Positions 50,587 to 64,000 of a stretch of DNA of 64,000 nt are shown piece after piece. Under the pieces are notes generated by a model that worked only from the letters and a program-made list of their open reading frames with translations, made no database searches and was not told the origin of the DNA. Position numbers and translations under genes: made by a program. Source of the stretch: Phoronis australis (Eukaryota > Animalia > Phoronida). Numbering within the stretch: the stretch's first letter is position 1; every line of letters starts with the position of its first letter. The stretch is taken from assembly GCA_002633005.1 (NCBI GenBank), contig NMRA01000607.1, forward strand, positions 1 through 64,000, in the 5' to 3' direction.

Positions 50587-51857
50587 AGATCCTTTATCAT
50601 AATTTACTTCGAATTCGTTTAAAACGTCCTTGACCTTGTTTCGGTTTCATGACTGTTCCTGAAGCGGTCATAAACCCGTCTTACGTCACAAAACGCAACT
50701 TTTAATTTAGACTACTTTCTGTTACGAAATCGTCCTCTCAAATTGTTCTTTACATTTGTCAAATTAGAAATGAATTCACCCGGGCTTTGAAAGAATTGTC
50801 AGTTTGTATTGCTTAAGATGTGGCTTATCTTGGTAAGAAATATTTTGTACCGAACATCGCCTTAATTCCAGAAATCACTTCTAGTCTCAGTAAGCGGTAC
50901 AAGTTGAAGACAATTTTACAACAGCAAGTGATCTAAATCAAAAGTTAACCCAGTCTTGGACGGAACGCTCGTTTGTCATGCGCTCGGATGTATGATAATC
51001 AATTTTGTATATTTTTCTTATTTTGTACTGTCTTAGGCTCGCACGTAATACACATGACGGTGTCCTGGTTTTGTGGCAATGTGTCATGTTTTACTTAATA
51101 TCGTACCAATAAATTGTGAGACGAATACTAGAAAATTAATACTTTTTTATTTTATTGCAAAAATTACACCTTTCCTTGCAAATCTGTAACCTCCTGCTCA
51201 CCTAGTGATTCGAATGATTTTATTCCACGTTAAAACGTAAACATAGTTCAGGCGGCCTGATGTCATTTGCGGTGCATGCGCAGGCCTCGTGACTGGGCAA
51301 ACTGCATAAAACATCTGAGCTAAAAACAAGAGAGCCTCGTTATGGATCAACAGAATCTTTATAAACGAAGTTTTCAAGTCTGCCTATAGCCTTTAAGAAA
51401 AAAGAAAGACATTTGTTGCCATGTACGTTACTATGTAACAATGCCATCCAGCCAAGCCTATAAAAAGCTGAGCAAGACTCTAACGTGCTTATTGATTTCA
51501 ACGTACCCGACAGTTGGGACACACTGGGCTCCCTATATAGTCTATAACAGCGACATTTTCTCCACAGCCACTAATATTCAACCTTGAGAAGAACTTAACG
51601 TGAGATTGTTGGCGACCACGAGCGCTGAAATGCAGTAGCTTGGTGACGCCACTATCGTGATACTTAATTGCGATGGACATGGAGGGGAGGGGATCTTAAC
51701 GCAAAACTGAAATGAATTTGGACATGGAGAGTGCATTTCTGCAATGAACAGGGGGTTTGTGGTGGAGCATTGCCGCGTGGCTACCTCAGTGACGTCGTAG
51801 TTTCTGCACTTAGTTTCAGTTCCAAGTTTGTTATCCCGGATAGTTCCGGGTATAACC

Positions 51858-51944
51858 CATGGGCGGCGCATTACTGAAATAAATGGGAGAGTGGGCTATA
51901 GCCCCCCTCCCCATCCCCCAGCGTCCTATGGGCTCGCCGCCATG
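51858..51944. mobile_element. Mini-MITE with 5-bp TSD TAACC
   Basis: taacc|CATGGGCGGCG...CGCCGCCATG|taacc. A related left end occurs near 49699. Confidence 0.65.
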
Positions 51945-54246
51945 TAACCAGGGGAGTTTTAAGAATCATTGGCCCTGGACACAGCAATCCATTGAGGGTC
52001 CTAGACCACAGGTGTCCATAGCAATAAAATTGTGTACCAAAACAGCACACTTCAACCGTGCACGTGTATTAATTTGCAGGTGTAGCTCTACTCCACCAGG
52101 TGGCAGTGTGATAACCAACTATGTTTTGACACCATTACGCTTGCTTTTGATTCAATGCACAAGCCAAACTTAAAAGCCAACGTGTGAAAGTTTATACACA
52201 GGGGCTTTTAGTTTTTTAGATTTATCGGACTGTGATATTAAAAACATCAAAATAGAAATACCCCTACACCATGACGACGACATCCCGTTGCTCCCAACTT
52301 GTTCGATTCTAGAGCCCAACAACAAGTTGGGAAGTTTACCCCCGTAGCCAATGTCTTACACGACTGATTAACTCCATTCTGGCATTTATGGTTGGAGGGC
52401 CTGCGGTCTTTAGTTCGATAATTGCTCTAATCTCCGATCAGATCGTATCTAGCCTGACTGGGCTGGGCTGATAAAAACGAAAGTTAAGTTATAACACATT
52501 TGAGCTTAAACCAATAGCATTTCTGAATTCCTCGTCAAATGCTGATCATGTTCCGTTTTTGAATCACCAAAATCTCTCAACTACAACAGAATTTAAGACA
52601 ATCTATTCTGTCCAAACGGATCACCAACGCACTGCGTTTGACTGTGTTCTGAATACGCGTTCGGTAATAGCGTGCAACCACCATACGTTTCCTTTGAAGT
52701 CTGGTAGATAATTGGCCTGCTTGTTATCATACGGAACAAAGGACTGAGCTGGGCAGTTAACAAAAGAGCCAGATGTTATAGCACGTTCAGCACCCCTCAC
52801 GTCTGGAAAAGTTACTGAACGACAGAACGCTGTAATGCCGCCAAGAAGAATCACGTTTTAAAAATGGTTGCACGAAACACGAGACCCAATTAATGGGTAC
52901 TCAACAATTGTCCCTAAGTCATCAGCGCATTTGTAGAATTTGTTTACCCGCTAATGTTACCGGTATAGTTTTCCATTCTCTTTTAATTGTGATAAAACTT
53001 CTAATAATGCAAGGGTGAAAGTGAGGGCCTAAATCTTTAACTGACTTGGGGACATTGGCTACTAAAGAGGCATGGAACACGAAAGCTCGACAAAAGTATT
53101 CTTTAAACAATTCCTGACGAAAGCACTATTTCCCAACGACTAGTACAGAGTAATTCACTTTTTCCTGTGATGAAATTTCAAGAAAAAAATCTCAAAATTC
53201 ATGAGTATTTGAAATTCGCGCAATGAAAAACTCTGTGGTTACCACAGAGTCTCTAATCTCTCTCCCACTTATGATAAATGCACACATGCGCCCAAAGTCA
53301 GTTGCTTGAGGTCGTTTGAGGTTAAAGGTCACATTTTCCATGTAAGGGAATTGTGCTATGTCTATATCTTTAATAAGGAGAGGTGATTTGCCTCGTGAGA
53401 AAAATCGACGAAGTGGCGAGCAGTAGACAAATATTTTTTGTCGAAATTTGAATTGATATCGACAGAAATTAAAAATATTTACGAAAAAATACCCCTAAAA
53501 ATACCTGGTGAGCAGGTTGAATTCTGTTTCAGTGACAGAAAACCACTTTCATTATTGCAACTTAGTCTGTCAGTTTTCGCATTCCATCTGACTCTTCAAT
53601 TTTAATTAAAATTCCATCACTGTGTAGAATTCACTCTGGCTTTGCATCAAAGGTAGATCTTGACTTACCAATGAAGATAAAACATATAGCAGAAGAAAAG
53701 GCAACCAGTGTTTGTATAAAATTCACAAATCAGCGTTACGGAATGTTCGGGAACGTACGGTATCCGACACCGACTCAGTCTGATCGTGAAAGGACGCCGC
53801 TCATGACTAGGCCAGTCATTATTTTCCCGGCTTGTCAATTTTCTGTCAATCAGCCATGACCAAAAATTGAATGCTGTCAAATTTGATAAAAATTGGTTGA
53901 CTACGGAGGATTCTTTAAAAATATTTAATGAAATGATGAAGAAAAAAATCCAAAAACGGGGGTCTGAATATAAATGAATTTCCGACTCGCGGCCGGCCGA
54001 GGACATCAATGAGGCCTAAGGCCATGGTTTTACATTGGATATTGTCAATGTGGGAATATCAATGCATTTCAACTGATACAGTCACGAAGCCTAATACTTA
54101 AATGAAAACTGTGGGCGATTTCACCCTTGCATAAAATTATGAAGTTGAACAGATCGCGGACAACCCGGCGGCCAGGCATTTACACAAAGACGGTCTCCGA
54201 GTTTTCACCAGACTCGGTCAATAGCACCATCTGTCGGGAATACGAG

Positions 54247-54297
54247 GATTGGTGTTCGATTTGCTGTTTTTGATACTTCACTTCCGTGGTGACGCAA
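54247..54297 (+). promoter_or_regulatory. Candidate NARS1 proximal promoter: reverse CCAAT, ETS site CACTTCCG and C/EBP-ATF-like TGACGCAA
   Basis: GATTGG 54247-54252, CACTTCCG 54279-54286 and TGACGCAA 54290-54297, 80-130 bp upstream of the ATG. Motif match only. Confidence 0.4.
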
Positions 54298-54373
54298 GTC
54301 GCTTGCAAACTACCAAGAGTGTCTTTAAAAGTCCAAAATTGTACCTATTTTGCTATTCGAGCAGAGCAAATAC

Positions 54374-57300
54374 ATGGCTGAAGTGGTCGGTGATTGCGCG
54401 AAGATGAGTTTAGGTGAGGAGTATTTACTTTTGAAGAACTTTTTCACTTAAAATTTTAAACCGGCTTCAGATGTCTTAGCAGGTTCACTGCTGAGAATGA
54501 AACCAGACTGGGGCTTGGCTGAGACACGTCGTACTCGTAGTCGTCGTACAGCCGTAGAGAGGTGTCCTTGCCTGTGGAGGCCGTCCACGTCTTTAAACTT
54601 TTTCATTTCGAGAAAATACTTTCACCTTTGGACTTCATTCCTTCAACGGCTTTGTTGACTCGGACATTTTTCAACAAAGACTTCTGGCATAAGAAATCCG
54701 GATTAATCTCCACCATGACCCTTGCCCTTGCCTTAGCCTTGGCCTTGTTCAATCTGGAAGAATTTAAAGCAAAGGTGGCCTTCAATGTTTAAAGGGTGTT
54801 TTTGAGTTCCAGTAACGTGAATTTAGTAGTTTAGCCAGGGCGAGTGTAATTTTTGAAAAGCTTCCACCTATTGATAAATTGTGAGCCAATACACTTATAC
54901 ACTACCAGACAATATGCCGGCAAAGCCTTTTTCAAACCAAGCGAGTTGATCTCAATCTTTTTTACAGCGTACAACTTGACTTAAGCTAGAATTGTTGGTG
55001 ACCAGGGAGGGGGCAGAATTTCCTGATAACTTGAACAAAATACCCTCTTAGAATAGACGTACAGGCTTTGTTCCCTTGTGAGCCTTGCTATGTACCTGTG
55101 ATTCGCTGCTGCCTGATATTCTATTGGCGTCATTCTGTTTTATCGATAAATACAAAGGCCTTTTCATACGGACTTAACTCCGGTCTGAGCCAAGCGTCGA
55201 CGTACTTTGCGAAGTTAACTAAACCTTTCTTACCAGCTTGGATAGTTAATGAACATTGAAGTAAACAGTAGGTGACGCTGTTGTCATTGAAGTAATCGCA
55301 AGGTAGCGCTGCATGCTAAGATTTCTTTAATGTGACAATTTAGGAACATGTACATGTGCTAATTGACATAAAACTTATTTCTAATTCAATTGGTAATTGT
55401 TCGAACAAAGTATACAAGTTTGCAACTATTAGCAACGACACTACCCTTTAATTGTTGACGATAGCAGTGACACCTGGCAATAACTTTGATAGGACTAAAG
55501 TTGGCAGTTTATACTGCACTGCAGCGTCGACCCCCGCTGTTAAATCCACCTGTTTACTGCGAAGTCAATTGACACAGTTAACTTTGATCCAGGACCGTAC
55601 ATACTGACCGCAACTCCCCAAAAACATCGATGCGTTGATGTTAGCTGAAAGGCCAATCACAAGATAAAATATCATTTTTAATTACTGTCAGCATAGAAGC
55701 TTCTAGATTGAAGGGAACAAGCCATAACATGACCCCAATGAAAGGTCACGCAGCAGCCAATCACAGAGTAACTTGCGATCAACGAGCGTGTCATTCAATG
55801 GTGGGATTGAGATTGTACTTAAGTTAGTGTGAAGACGGCACGAGGACCTTTCATTAGTAATGCACAGTTATCACCAAGAGTAAGACAATTGACTCAGAAT
55901 TCCCTGCTTTGGCGGCTGAACTCAAATTCATTGACAGCGTAGTCTTCTTTATACCCTCTGACACAGTGCTACCTATAGTCTTCTTTCATGACCAAGAAGG
56001 AGGGGGAATTACGGAGAGATTGTAAGATTGAACGTATGATATTCTGTTATAGAATTTTGCTGCCAAAATACCTATTACCAATCATTTGCATGCTAACTGG
56101 GGAAACGTTATTTTGTATTACAAAATACTTTTATTAGTTGTACTGTATGTGTGATATGCTCTAAAAGGATTGAGAATCAGATAAGCTTCTGACAATCTCT
56201 GTGTGTCCCTTCGCTGCTCCTCAAGCGTATTACATTATGTGCGTCTCTTGTTGCTATCTAGGAGAGATTTACACATCTGAGACTAAAGGTAGTGATGAGT
56301 CCGGGGACGGGACAGCGGCCAAACCGTTCCAGTCTATTCTACAGGTATGCTTTTTCTGTTCTCCACACTTCTGCTAAAAGTGGCGTACAGGGGTCCCACA
56401 TTTTGAGAACCAGTTTTCTCCTCAGAATGTGGGGATCACATTGGTCTTCAAAATCTGGGACCCCTGTAAGTGACTATTGGCGAACAGGAATTACAAAGTT
56501 CAGGAAGATTTTCAAAAAAAGTTCATGTCCAATGACTAATCTTTCGAAATTTCAAACTCCTTCATAGACCTGTTTTCAAACTCGACACAAGTATGTCAGC
56601 TTGTCAGTGAAAGTTTCTAACTTGTTATCTCAGCAAATCAAAATAGGTTGTGAAGAGCAATAGTCTAATAGCGTGAATCTGTGCGACTTACCGCCACATT
56701 GACTTTGTTGTTGTGCTTTTACGATTTACTCTTCTTACATTTTGAAGTCATTAGGCTCAAAAGTTATCAACCAGTATTTCAACTGAATTCATTTGCCTGT
56801 GATTGAAATTTTCCAAAAAGCATTTCCTCATTTGTATCATGATTTTGAAGTAATTGTTTTGATTCTGTGTATTCCTTCAGGCTATGCGTCATGCTGGCAA
56901 GGAACCCTTTCCCACTATCTATGTTGACAGTAAAGAGGAAGGCCAGGTTGGTATTCTTTGACTTCAGCTCTTAAAGTTGCTGTAAAACTGCCTGTATGTA
57001 AAAATACTGTAAAATCTACAAATAATTACTTACACTGATCTTGTCCATTTTGCATTCTTGTCGCAACAGTATTTTGATTTTTATCTGACAAATTTTTGTC
57101 ACATTGCAAATGAAATTGCTAGTAAATCTTTCTGTTTTAAGAATTTCCATTTATTCTCTTTTTGTGTCTGAAAAGTTTCAGAATTTTTCTGTGCTCAGTT
57201 TCCCTCAGTTTTACTTTAAAAGTAAATACTTTGTTTGAATCTGGCTCTTGTGATATGGTTGGACTAGTGAGGTCAAATGAACCTTATTTTAATTAGCACA

Positions 57301-60300
57301 CGTTCTGTTTGTCCACCTTTGTAGGAGTGGTCGGTCGCTGCCAAGTCACAACTGAAGAAGATCCAAAAGATCTGGCAGAGGGAGCTGCACAAAGCGGCGG
57401 ATAAGGCGCAGAAAGAGGTGAGTGAGAGACCTGGGTCAACTCATACCAAGTTTTCGTCTGTAACCAGTAAAGTCTGAGTGCCTTACATGTCGCCTCAAAA
57501 TAAGCTCTTCTGTCCTGTTATGTAAGCAAAAATGGCCGCCCAATGGTGGCCCCATGTGTCAATTTTCTCAGGAAAGACGAGAGTGTTTCGTTTGCCTCAC
57601 GATTTAATAAACATTTTGTGTCAATTCATTTATAAAAGACTGAGTGTGAATTTTTTACCTTTTCCATTGAATGGATTTCTACAGTGTCACACGTTTGGTA
57701 CTAATAGTAGGAACTAACTATGTATAAATGGAAATTTTTATGGTAGACTGTAAAATTCTCCTGTCTGGAACAGGCTCTGAATTTTGGGACACCGAAGTTC
57801 AAGCCAAAATTCAATTTTCTTGTTAATAAAGATTGGACATGGTTGATTTTGACATTTATCACATTTCTTAAATATCGGACACAGCGGTTTGTATTGGCAG
57901 GGTCTGGATTAGCCAGTTAATGAAATCATAGAAAATAGCCGTCAACGCAATGTTTTCTTGCATCTCCATAGAGTTTAACGTGAAATTGAATGATTATTTG
58001 TCGTTAGTAATTCTTGAAGTTGGGATGGCCAGCATTGTGTATTTCTAAAATTTAGTACAAGACCAGTTTGTTAAAAGTTATTCCTTAAATGGTGAGGATA
58101 TGCCTTTATTGCTTCTTAAAAGTGTTGGTGTATAAGAATGTCAACAGATGGCGTACTGACAAGACTTATATGTGTTCTAGGAAGAAGATGCCAAACGACG
58201 TGAAGAAAATTTGGAAGAAGCAAAAAGTGTTGTTATTGAGGAAGATAAGAGTCTGCCAGCTGCCCAGACTGTGAGTTGTCAACGGCAGTATTTTGTTTAA
58301 GTTTCTTCACAAAAAGTGTTNATATTACATTATGTGCGTCTCTTGTTGCTATCTAGGAGAGATTTACACATCTGAGACTAAAGGTTGTGATGAGTCCGGG
58401 GACGGGACAGCGGCAAAACCGTTCCAGTCTATTCTACAGGTATGCTTTTTCTGTTCTCCACACTTCTGCTAAAAGTCGCGTACAGGGGTCCCACATTTTG
58501 AGAACCAGTTTTCTCCACAGAATGTGGGGATCACATTGGTCTTCAAAATCTGGGACCCCTATAAGTGACTATTGGCGAACGGGAATTACAAAGTTCAGGA
58601 AGATTTTCAAAAAAAGTTCATGTCCAATGACTTATCTTTCGAAATTTCAAACTCCTTCATAGACCTGTTTTCAAACTCGACACAAGTATGTCAGCTTGTC
58701 GGTGAAAATTTCTAACTTGTTATCTCAGCAAATCAAAATAGGTTGTGAAGAGCAATAGTCTAATAGCGTGAATCTGTGCGGCTTACCGCCACATTGACTT
58801 TGTTGTTGTGCTTTTACGATTTACTCTTCTTAAATTTTGATTTAGAAGTCATTAGGTTCAAAAGTTATCAACCAGTATTTCAACTGACTTCATTTGCCTG
58901 TGATTGAAATTTTCCAAAAAGCATTTCCTCATTTGTGTCATGATTTTGAAGTAATTGTTTTGATTCTGTGTATTCCTTCAGGCTATGCGTCATGCTGGCA
59001 AGGAACCCTTTCCCACTATCTATGTTGACAGTAAAGAGGAAGGCCAGGTTGGTATTCTTTGACTTCAGCTCTTAAAGTTTCTGTAAAACTGCCTGTACGT
59101 AAAAATGCTGTAAAATCTACAAATAATTACTTAAACTGATCTTGTCCATTTTGCATTCTTGTCGCAACAGTATTTTGATTTTTAACTGACAAATTTTTGT
59201 CACATTGCAAATGAAATTGCTAGTAAATCTTTCTATTTTAAGAATTTCCATTTATTCTCTTTTTGTGTCTGAAAAGTTTCAGAATTTTTCTGTGCTCAGT
59301 TTCCCTCAGTTTTACATTAAAAGTAAATACTTTGTTTGAATCTTGCTCTTGTGATATGGTTGGACTAGTGAGGTCAAATGAACCTTATTTTAATTAGCAC
59401 ACGTTCTGTTTGTTCACCTTTGTAGGAGTGGTCGGTCGCTGCCAAGTCACAACTGAAGAAGATCCAAAAGATCTGGCAGAGGGAGCAGCACAAAGCAGCG
59501 GATAAGGCGCAGAAAGAGGTGAGTGAGAGACCTGGGTCAACTCATACCAAGTTTTCGTCTGTAACCAGTAAAGTCTGAGTGCCTTACATGTCGCCTCAAA
59601 ATAAGCTCTTCTGTCCTGTTATGTAAGCAAAAATGGCCGCCCAATGGTGGCCCCATGTGTCAATTTTCTCAGGAAAGACGAGAGTGTTTCGTTTGCCTCA
59701 CGATTTAATAAACATTTTGTGTCAATTCATTTATAAAAGACTGAGTGTGAATTTTTTACCTTTTCCATTGAATGGATTTCTACAGTGTCACACGTTTGGT
59801 ACTAATAGTAGGAACTAACTATGTATAAATGGAAATTTTTATGGTAGACTGTAAAATTCTCCTGTCTGGAACAGGCTCTGAATTTTGGGACACCGAAGTT
59901 CAAGCCAAAATTCAATTTTCTTGTTAATAAAGATTGGACATGGTTGATTTTGACATTTGTCAAATTTCTTAAATATCGGACACAGCGGTTTGTATTGGCA
60001 GGGTCTGGATTAGCCAGTTAATGAAATCATAGAAAATAGCCGTCAACGCAATGTTTTCTTGCATGTCCATAGAGTTTAACGTGAAATTGAATGATTATTT
60101 GTCGTTAGTAATTCTTGAAGTTGGGATGGCCAGCATTGTGTATTTCTAAAATTTAGTACAAGACCAGTTTGTTAAAAGTTATTCCTTGAATGGTGAGGAT
60201 ATGCCTTTATTGCTTCTTAAAAGTGTTGGTGTATAAGAATGTCAACAGATGGCGTACTGACAAGACTTATATGTGTTCTAGGAAGAAGATGCCAAACGAC

Positions 60301-63300
60301 GTGAAGAAAATTTGGAAGAAGCAAAAAGTGTTGTTATTGAGGAAGATAAGAGTCTGCCAGCTGCCCAGACTGTGAGTTGTCAACGGCAGTATTTTGTTTA
60401 AGTTTCTTCACAAAAAGTGTTTGAAATATTACTCTTACACTTTTTGGTTTTTTAATTATCGAGGAAATTCATGTTACTCTGTCTGTCCTTCCACTTTTAG
60501 TGGAACACTTTTTACACTAAGAGTGATATATAAATTTCTGTTGATTATATATCAGAGAAACATTTTAAAGTTGCACGCAGCGATATTTAAGTCGAGCCAA
60601 AGTCGCAAACGTGAAAATTCCTTAAGTCCAGTAAGCAGTCCTTGGTGTCAATAAGGTGGGCTAACTTGCAGTGTTAAAAAAAGAACAAAACAAACAGTGA
60701 TACTTCAAGATGTGAATGAAAACTGTGGATTTGAAGATGGCTCTGCGTATGGCTTTATTATCTACTCATGGCTGTGGTGTCAGTATTAATGTAAAATTGT
60801 TATGAAGTAGAATTACATCCAGGGCAATTGGACTTCATTTGATTCACCCTAAAGCCTGGTGGAACTGCTACTACAAACATTCATAAGAAGTCATTGATTT
60901 CTCATCAGCTAATGTAGCTTTAGGAACACACTTTTGCATTGTTCCGTTGTTTATGTTTCGATTCTCAGGTTTACTGTCGTCACACTGGATTATTTCTTCT
61001 AAACTAATACTAATCACTTCTTGTCTTTCAGGCGAAGATCCGTGACCTCGAGTCGCTTCGCGGTAAACGTATCAAGGTCAGTGGATGGGTGCATCGCCTG
61101 AGACGTCAGGGAAAGACGCTAATGTTTGCCATCCTGCGTGACGGCACGGGGTACTTACAAAGCGTCTTCACAGACAAGTTGGTGAGTGTGTGACTCCTTG
61201 AAAGCTTTTCAGTACAAGATTGGGCGGGTACTGTTTTAGTTTCGTAAAAAGGAACAACATTTTAGCGTCCGCTTTTCAAAATTGCAAACCAGTAGCGTTG
61301 GAGACATAGTTCAGCCTTCCTTAATGTTCCTGCAGTCAGTATTAATACTATGGAGGACAAACTTTTGAAAATCTATGTCAGAAAGTTCTGATGGGATTGA
61401 ATTGAAGCATTTGCATACATAATAGGTTATTGGTTAGTTATGGGACTGTTAATTGTATTGTCAGGAATGAGACGGGTTTTTAGAAAAAATATCGCTTGAG
61501 GGAGTGCAGGCCCCTCCCTTCACAGCAGGTTGCCAGGTGTTGTATCTACACATGTTTCATCATGCCTCTCTTGTGTTTCAGTGTCAAACCTACGACGCTC
61601 TCATTCTCTCCAGGGAGTCCACCATCACAGCTTACGGTACTTTGAAAGAAGTCCCCGAGGGAAAGTCGGTAAGCCAGTTGTACCGTCTTAGATTACTGCC
61701 TGTGGTTAACAGGCGACTCTTGTTTTAGGCTGGGATACACGTGAGCAGTAATAATACATTACTGTTTTCCTGCCGTGATTGTCACTGTGATGGTGAATTT
61801 TGTTTGCCTTCTGCCCTGATGACGGGAATTGTTTCAAATTAAAGCTAGACAATATGTTTAATAACTTTTCACAAAGTTCTTGAATTTTTTTCCAAATATA
61901 CTTACGTCGTTTGATTTTCAATACTTTAAAGCCATTCTAGGGACACCAACTAAATTTTTGTGCGATTAATTTTAGAGATTGTAGGGGCAGCAACTATGAA
62001 AATTTTGAATCCTAATCAAAGATCTTGATTATAATTGGAATTTTGATTGTTGGGTAAGGCATCCCCTCTCTGTGACATGGAGTTGGCCCGTCATCCAAAT
62101 TGGGTGGTCTTTCATAAATGTTTGTTACGCTTGCCAATTTTTCACATTTTTTCAAATCCTAGGCTCCCGGCAACCATGAGCTTATTGTCGATTACTGGGA
62201 GCTGGTGGGTGTGGCCCCTGCAGGTGGCGCTGACAACCTGCTCAACGAGGAAGCTCACGTAGATGTGCAACTGGACAACCGTCACATGATGATCCGAGGC
62301 GAGAACGTAGGTGACAGGAGGTGCTAAAGGGCAGGGCTCAACAGTGAGGCTAGCCGGGGTGTTCACCATATTGTAAAAAGATTTGGATTGCTGTATGAAT
62401 GGGACGGGCAGTTTAAATGTCACTAGGTGTCAGTAGCGATATTACACTCTTTCCGAGTGATTACCCATGTACACCTCTGTAATGATCACGAGTTTTTTGT
62501 GCTTGAAAAGAAATGCAACTATTATAATTGTTGTTAACTTTTCTGTAATACTTATCCCTGGTTATCTTGGCGTGACATTTTAGCACGTTAAAACCAGTTC
62601 TGCCGGCGTGTTGTTCTCAGATCAGCAGAATGACATTCAAATGGACCATTATAAGTCCCATGTTTTGGTTTAACATTCATGCCCATCTAGCAAACACGAA
62701 TGACTGAGACATGGATTTTGTTCAATGGTGATCAGGACGTTGTGTTTGCTCATTGGAAGTGAATAAGAAACCAATTTGCAGGTCATTGATTTAAGGAATA
62801 ATGTCTTCAAGTTAGCCAGAAATCTGCACTTTTAGTAACAGTAACAGGATAATTGATTAGGTGCATTCCCCTTTATCCCATTCAGATAATGAAAGGGGAA
62901 TGATATGTAGTGAATATGGAGTGTCTGTGGTCTGAAACTTATATCATTGATACCTACCTGTTTTCTTGCTGTTTACTTGTCTTCTTTACATTGTTCGTCG
63001 TCGCTGTGTGCTGAATTTGAATTGGTGCTCTCTAACAATTTTATTGTCACGATAGATCTTTGGGTTATTCATTTCTATTTCCAGACATCCAAGATCTTAA
63101 AGCTGCGCTCCGTAGTAATGCAATGTTTCAGAGAACACTACTTTAGCAGAGGTTACTTTGAGGTGAGCAGTCAACTGGTCAGTTAGTTCACTGTCCACTC
63201 TGGGCATCGGCTGGAAGTCAACTATGAATAATGAGTCCTTGTCAGGTGTTGAAGTGATGACTTCCACAGACAGGCGCAGTATTTTTTTTGTACGCGGACT

Positions 63301-63851
63301 ATACTTTTGGTCCTTTGAAATTCTGGTGTAGCTTTATGACATGATGTGTAACAGAAAAAAATGCCAGGTTTTGGATCACGTAGACATTTTTTCTTCGAAA
63401 TTTTTAACTGGTCCACCCTTTACAACATACTGGATCCTTCAGTGTTGCACAGCGCCATGTTTAGATTTCGGGCTTTGGGAAAAACGTTTTTATGACGTGA
63501 TCTTATTCAATTTCTGTTCTCCTCATGGTTTTCAGAAGATACAAAATGTGAACACAAAGTGCATTATTTTGAAACTAATAGATATCTTAAAGTAACTCTG
63601 AACACTTACTTTGCTGGTCTCAGTTGTGATGGTTATCATTTTGTCCACCAGGTGACACCGCCAACGCTAGTGCAGACACAGTGTGAAGGAGGGTCTACTT
63701 TATTCAAGTTTGATTATTTCGGTGAGCAGGCTTACCTGACTCAGTCTTCCCAGCTCTATCTAGAGACAGTCATACCAACACTGGGGGATGTCTTCTGTAT
63801 CGCCGAGTCGTACCGCGCCGAGCAGTCACGCACACGTAGACATCTAGCAGA
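54374..63851 (+). CDS. NARS1: Cytoplasmic asparaginyl-tRNA synthetase, exons 1-10 (continues beyond the window)
   Basis: Exons 54374-54413, 56262-56344, 56881-56946, 57325-57417, 58181-58270 (exons 2-5 repeated at 58357-60371), 61032-61181, 61582-61668, 62163-62306, 63085-63162 and 63652-63851. Canonical UNE-N ([17 protein letters not shown]), [28 protein letters not shown] and [14 protein letters not shown]. Confidence 0.95.
56228..60420. repeat. ~2.1-kb direct duplication of NARS1 exons 2-5 joined at an N (probable haplotype overlap)
   Basis: 56228-58320 and 58322-60420 are near-identical including introns; N at 58321. Confidence 0.88.
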
Positions 63852-64000
63852 GTAGGTGTTGGGTGTCTTGTGAAGGAACCGTTTAAATTGTCTTCTTACT
63901 ATTTATGCTGAAAATAATACTGCTGCATAGAACCTGCAAAGCATCTAAGACAGTTGATAGACGTCAGTGCCATTATCCTATAGAGGCGATCATTATACTT

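Noticed and set aside
56228-60420. Tandem duplication of NARS1 exons 2-5 as a real domain duplication or mutually exclusive exon cassette
   Set aside because: The copies join exactly at an N and are near-identical through the introns. Splicing exon 5 (phase 0) to exon 2' (phase 1) would frameshift. It is most likely two haplotypes concatenated; read depth or long reads would confirm.
135-63855. Most 60-140 aa ORFs in the track
   Set aside because: They are antisense shadows of real genes or LINEs, repeat-derived, or exon-plus-intron read-throughs, and many have non-ATG starts.

Overview
AT-rich, intron-containing eukaryotic (invertebrate-like) draft-assembly DNA with several N junctions. It carries two same-strand cytoplasmic asparaginyl-tRNA synthetase genes with matching intron positions. 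One is a canonical NARS1 starting at 54374 and running off the window. The other is a complete but diverged paralogue (15566-33386) with a relocated start codon, an eroded N-terminal extension and substitutions clustered around the amino-acid/acceptor site, yet with a clear excess of synonymous changes. Between them lie a single-exon class A GPCR, a PAQR/mPR-like gene and a coiled-coil (CCDC34/CCDC181/MAP9-like) ORF. The left third holds the last exon of a CASPR/neurexin-IV-type fibrinogen-like domain gene and two CR1-group LINEs. One LINE appears full-length (9-bp TSD, poly(A)), has a single intact ORF with a 2A 'DVEENPGP' peptide, and is nested in a THAP-bearing Kolobok-like element that is itself inside another repeat. 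Many MITEs with 5-bp TSDs, tRNA-derived SINE heads, minisatellites and two probable haplotype-overlap assembly duplications are also present. All calls come from manual reading; no searches were run.
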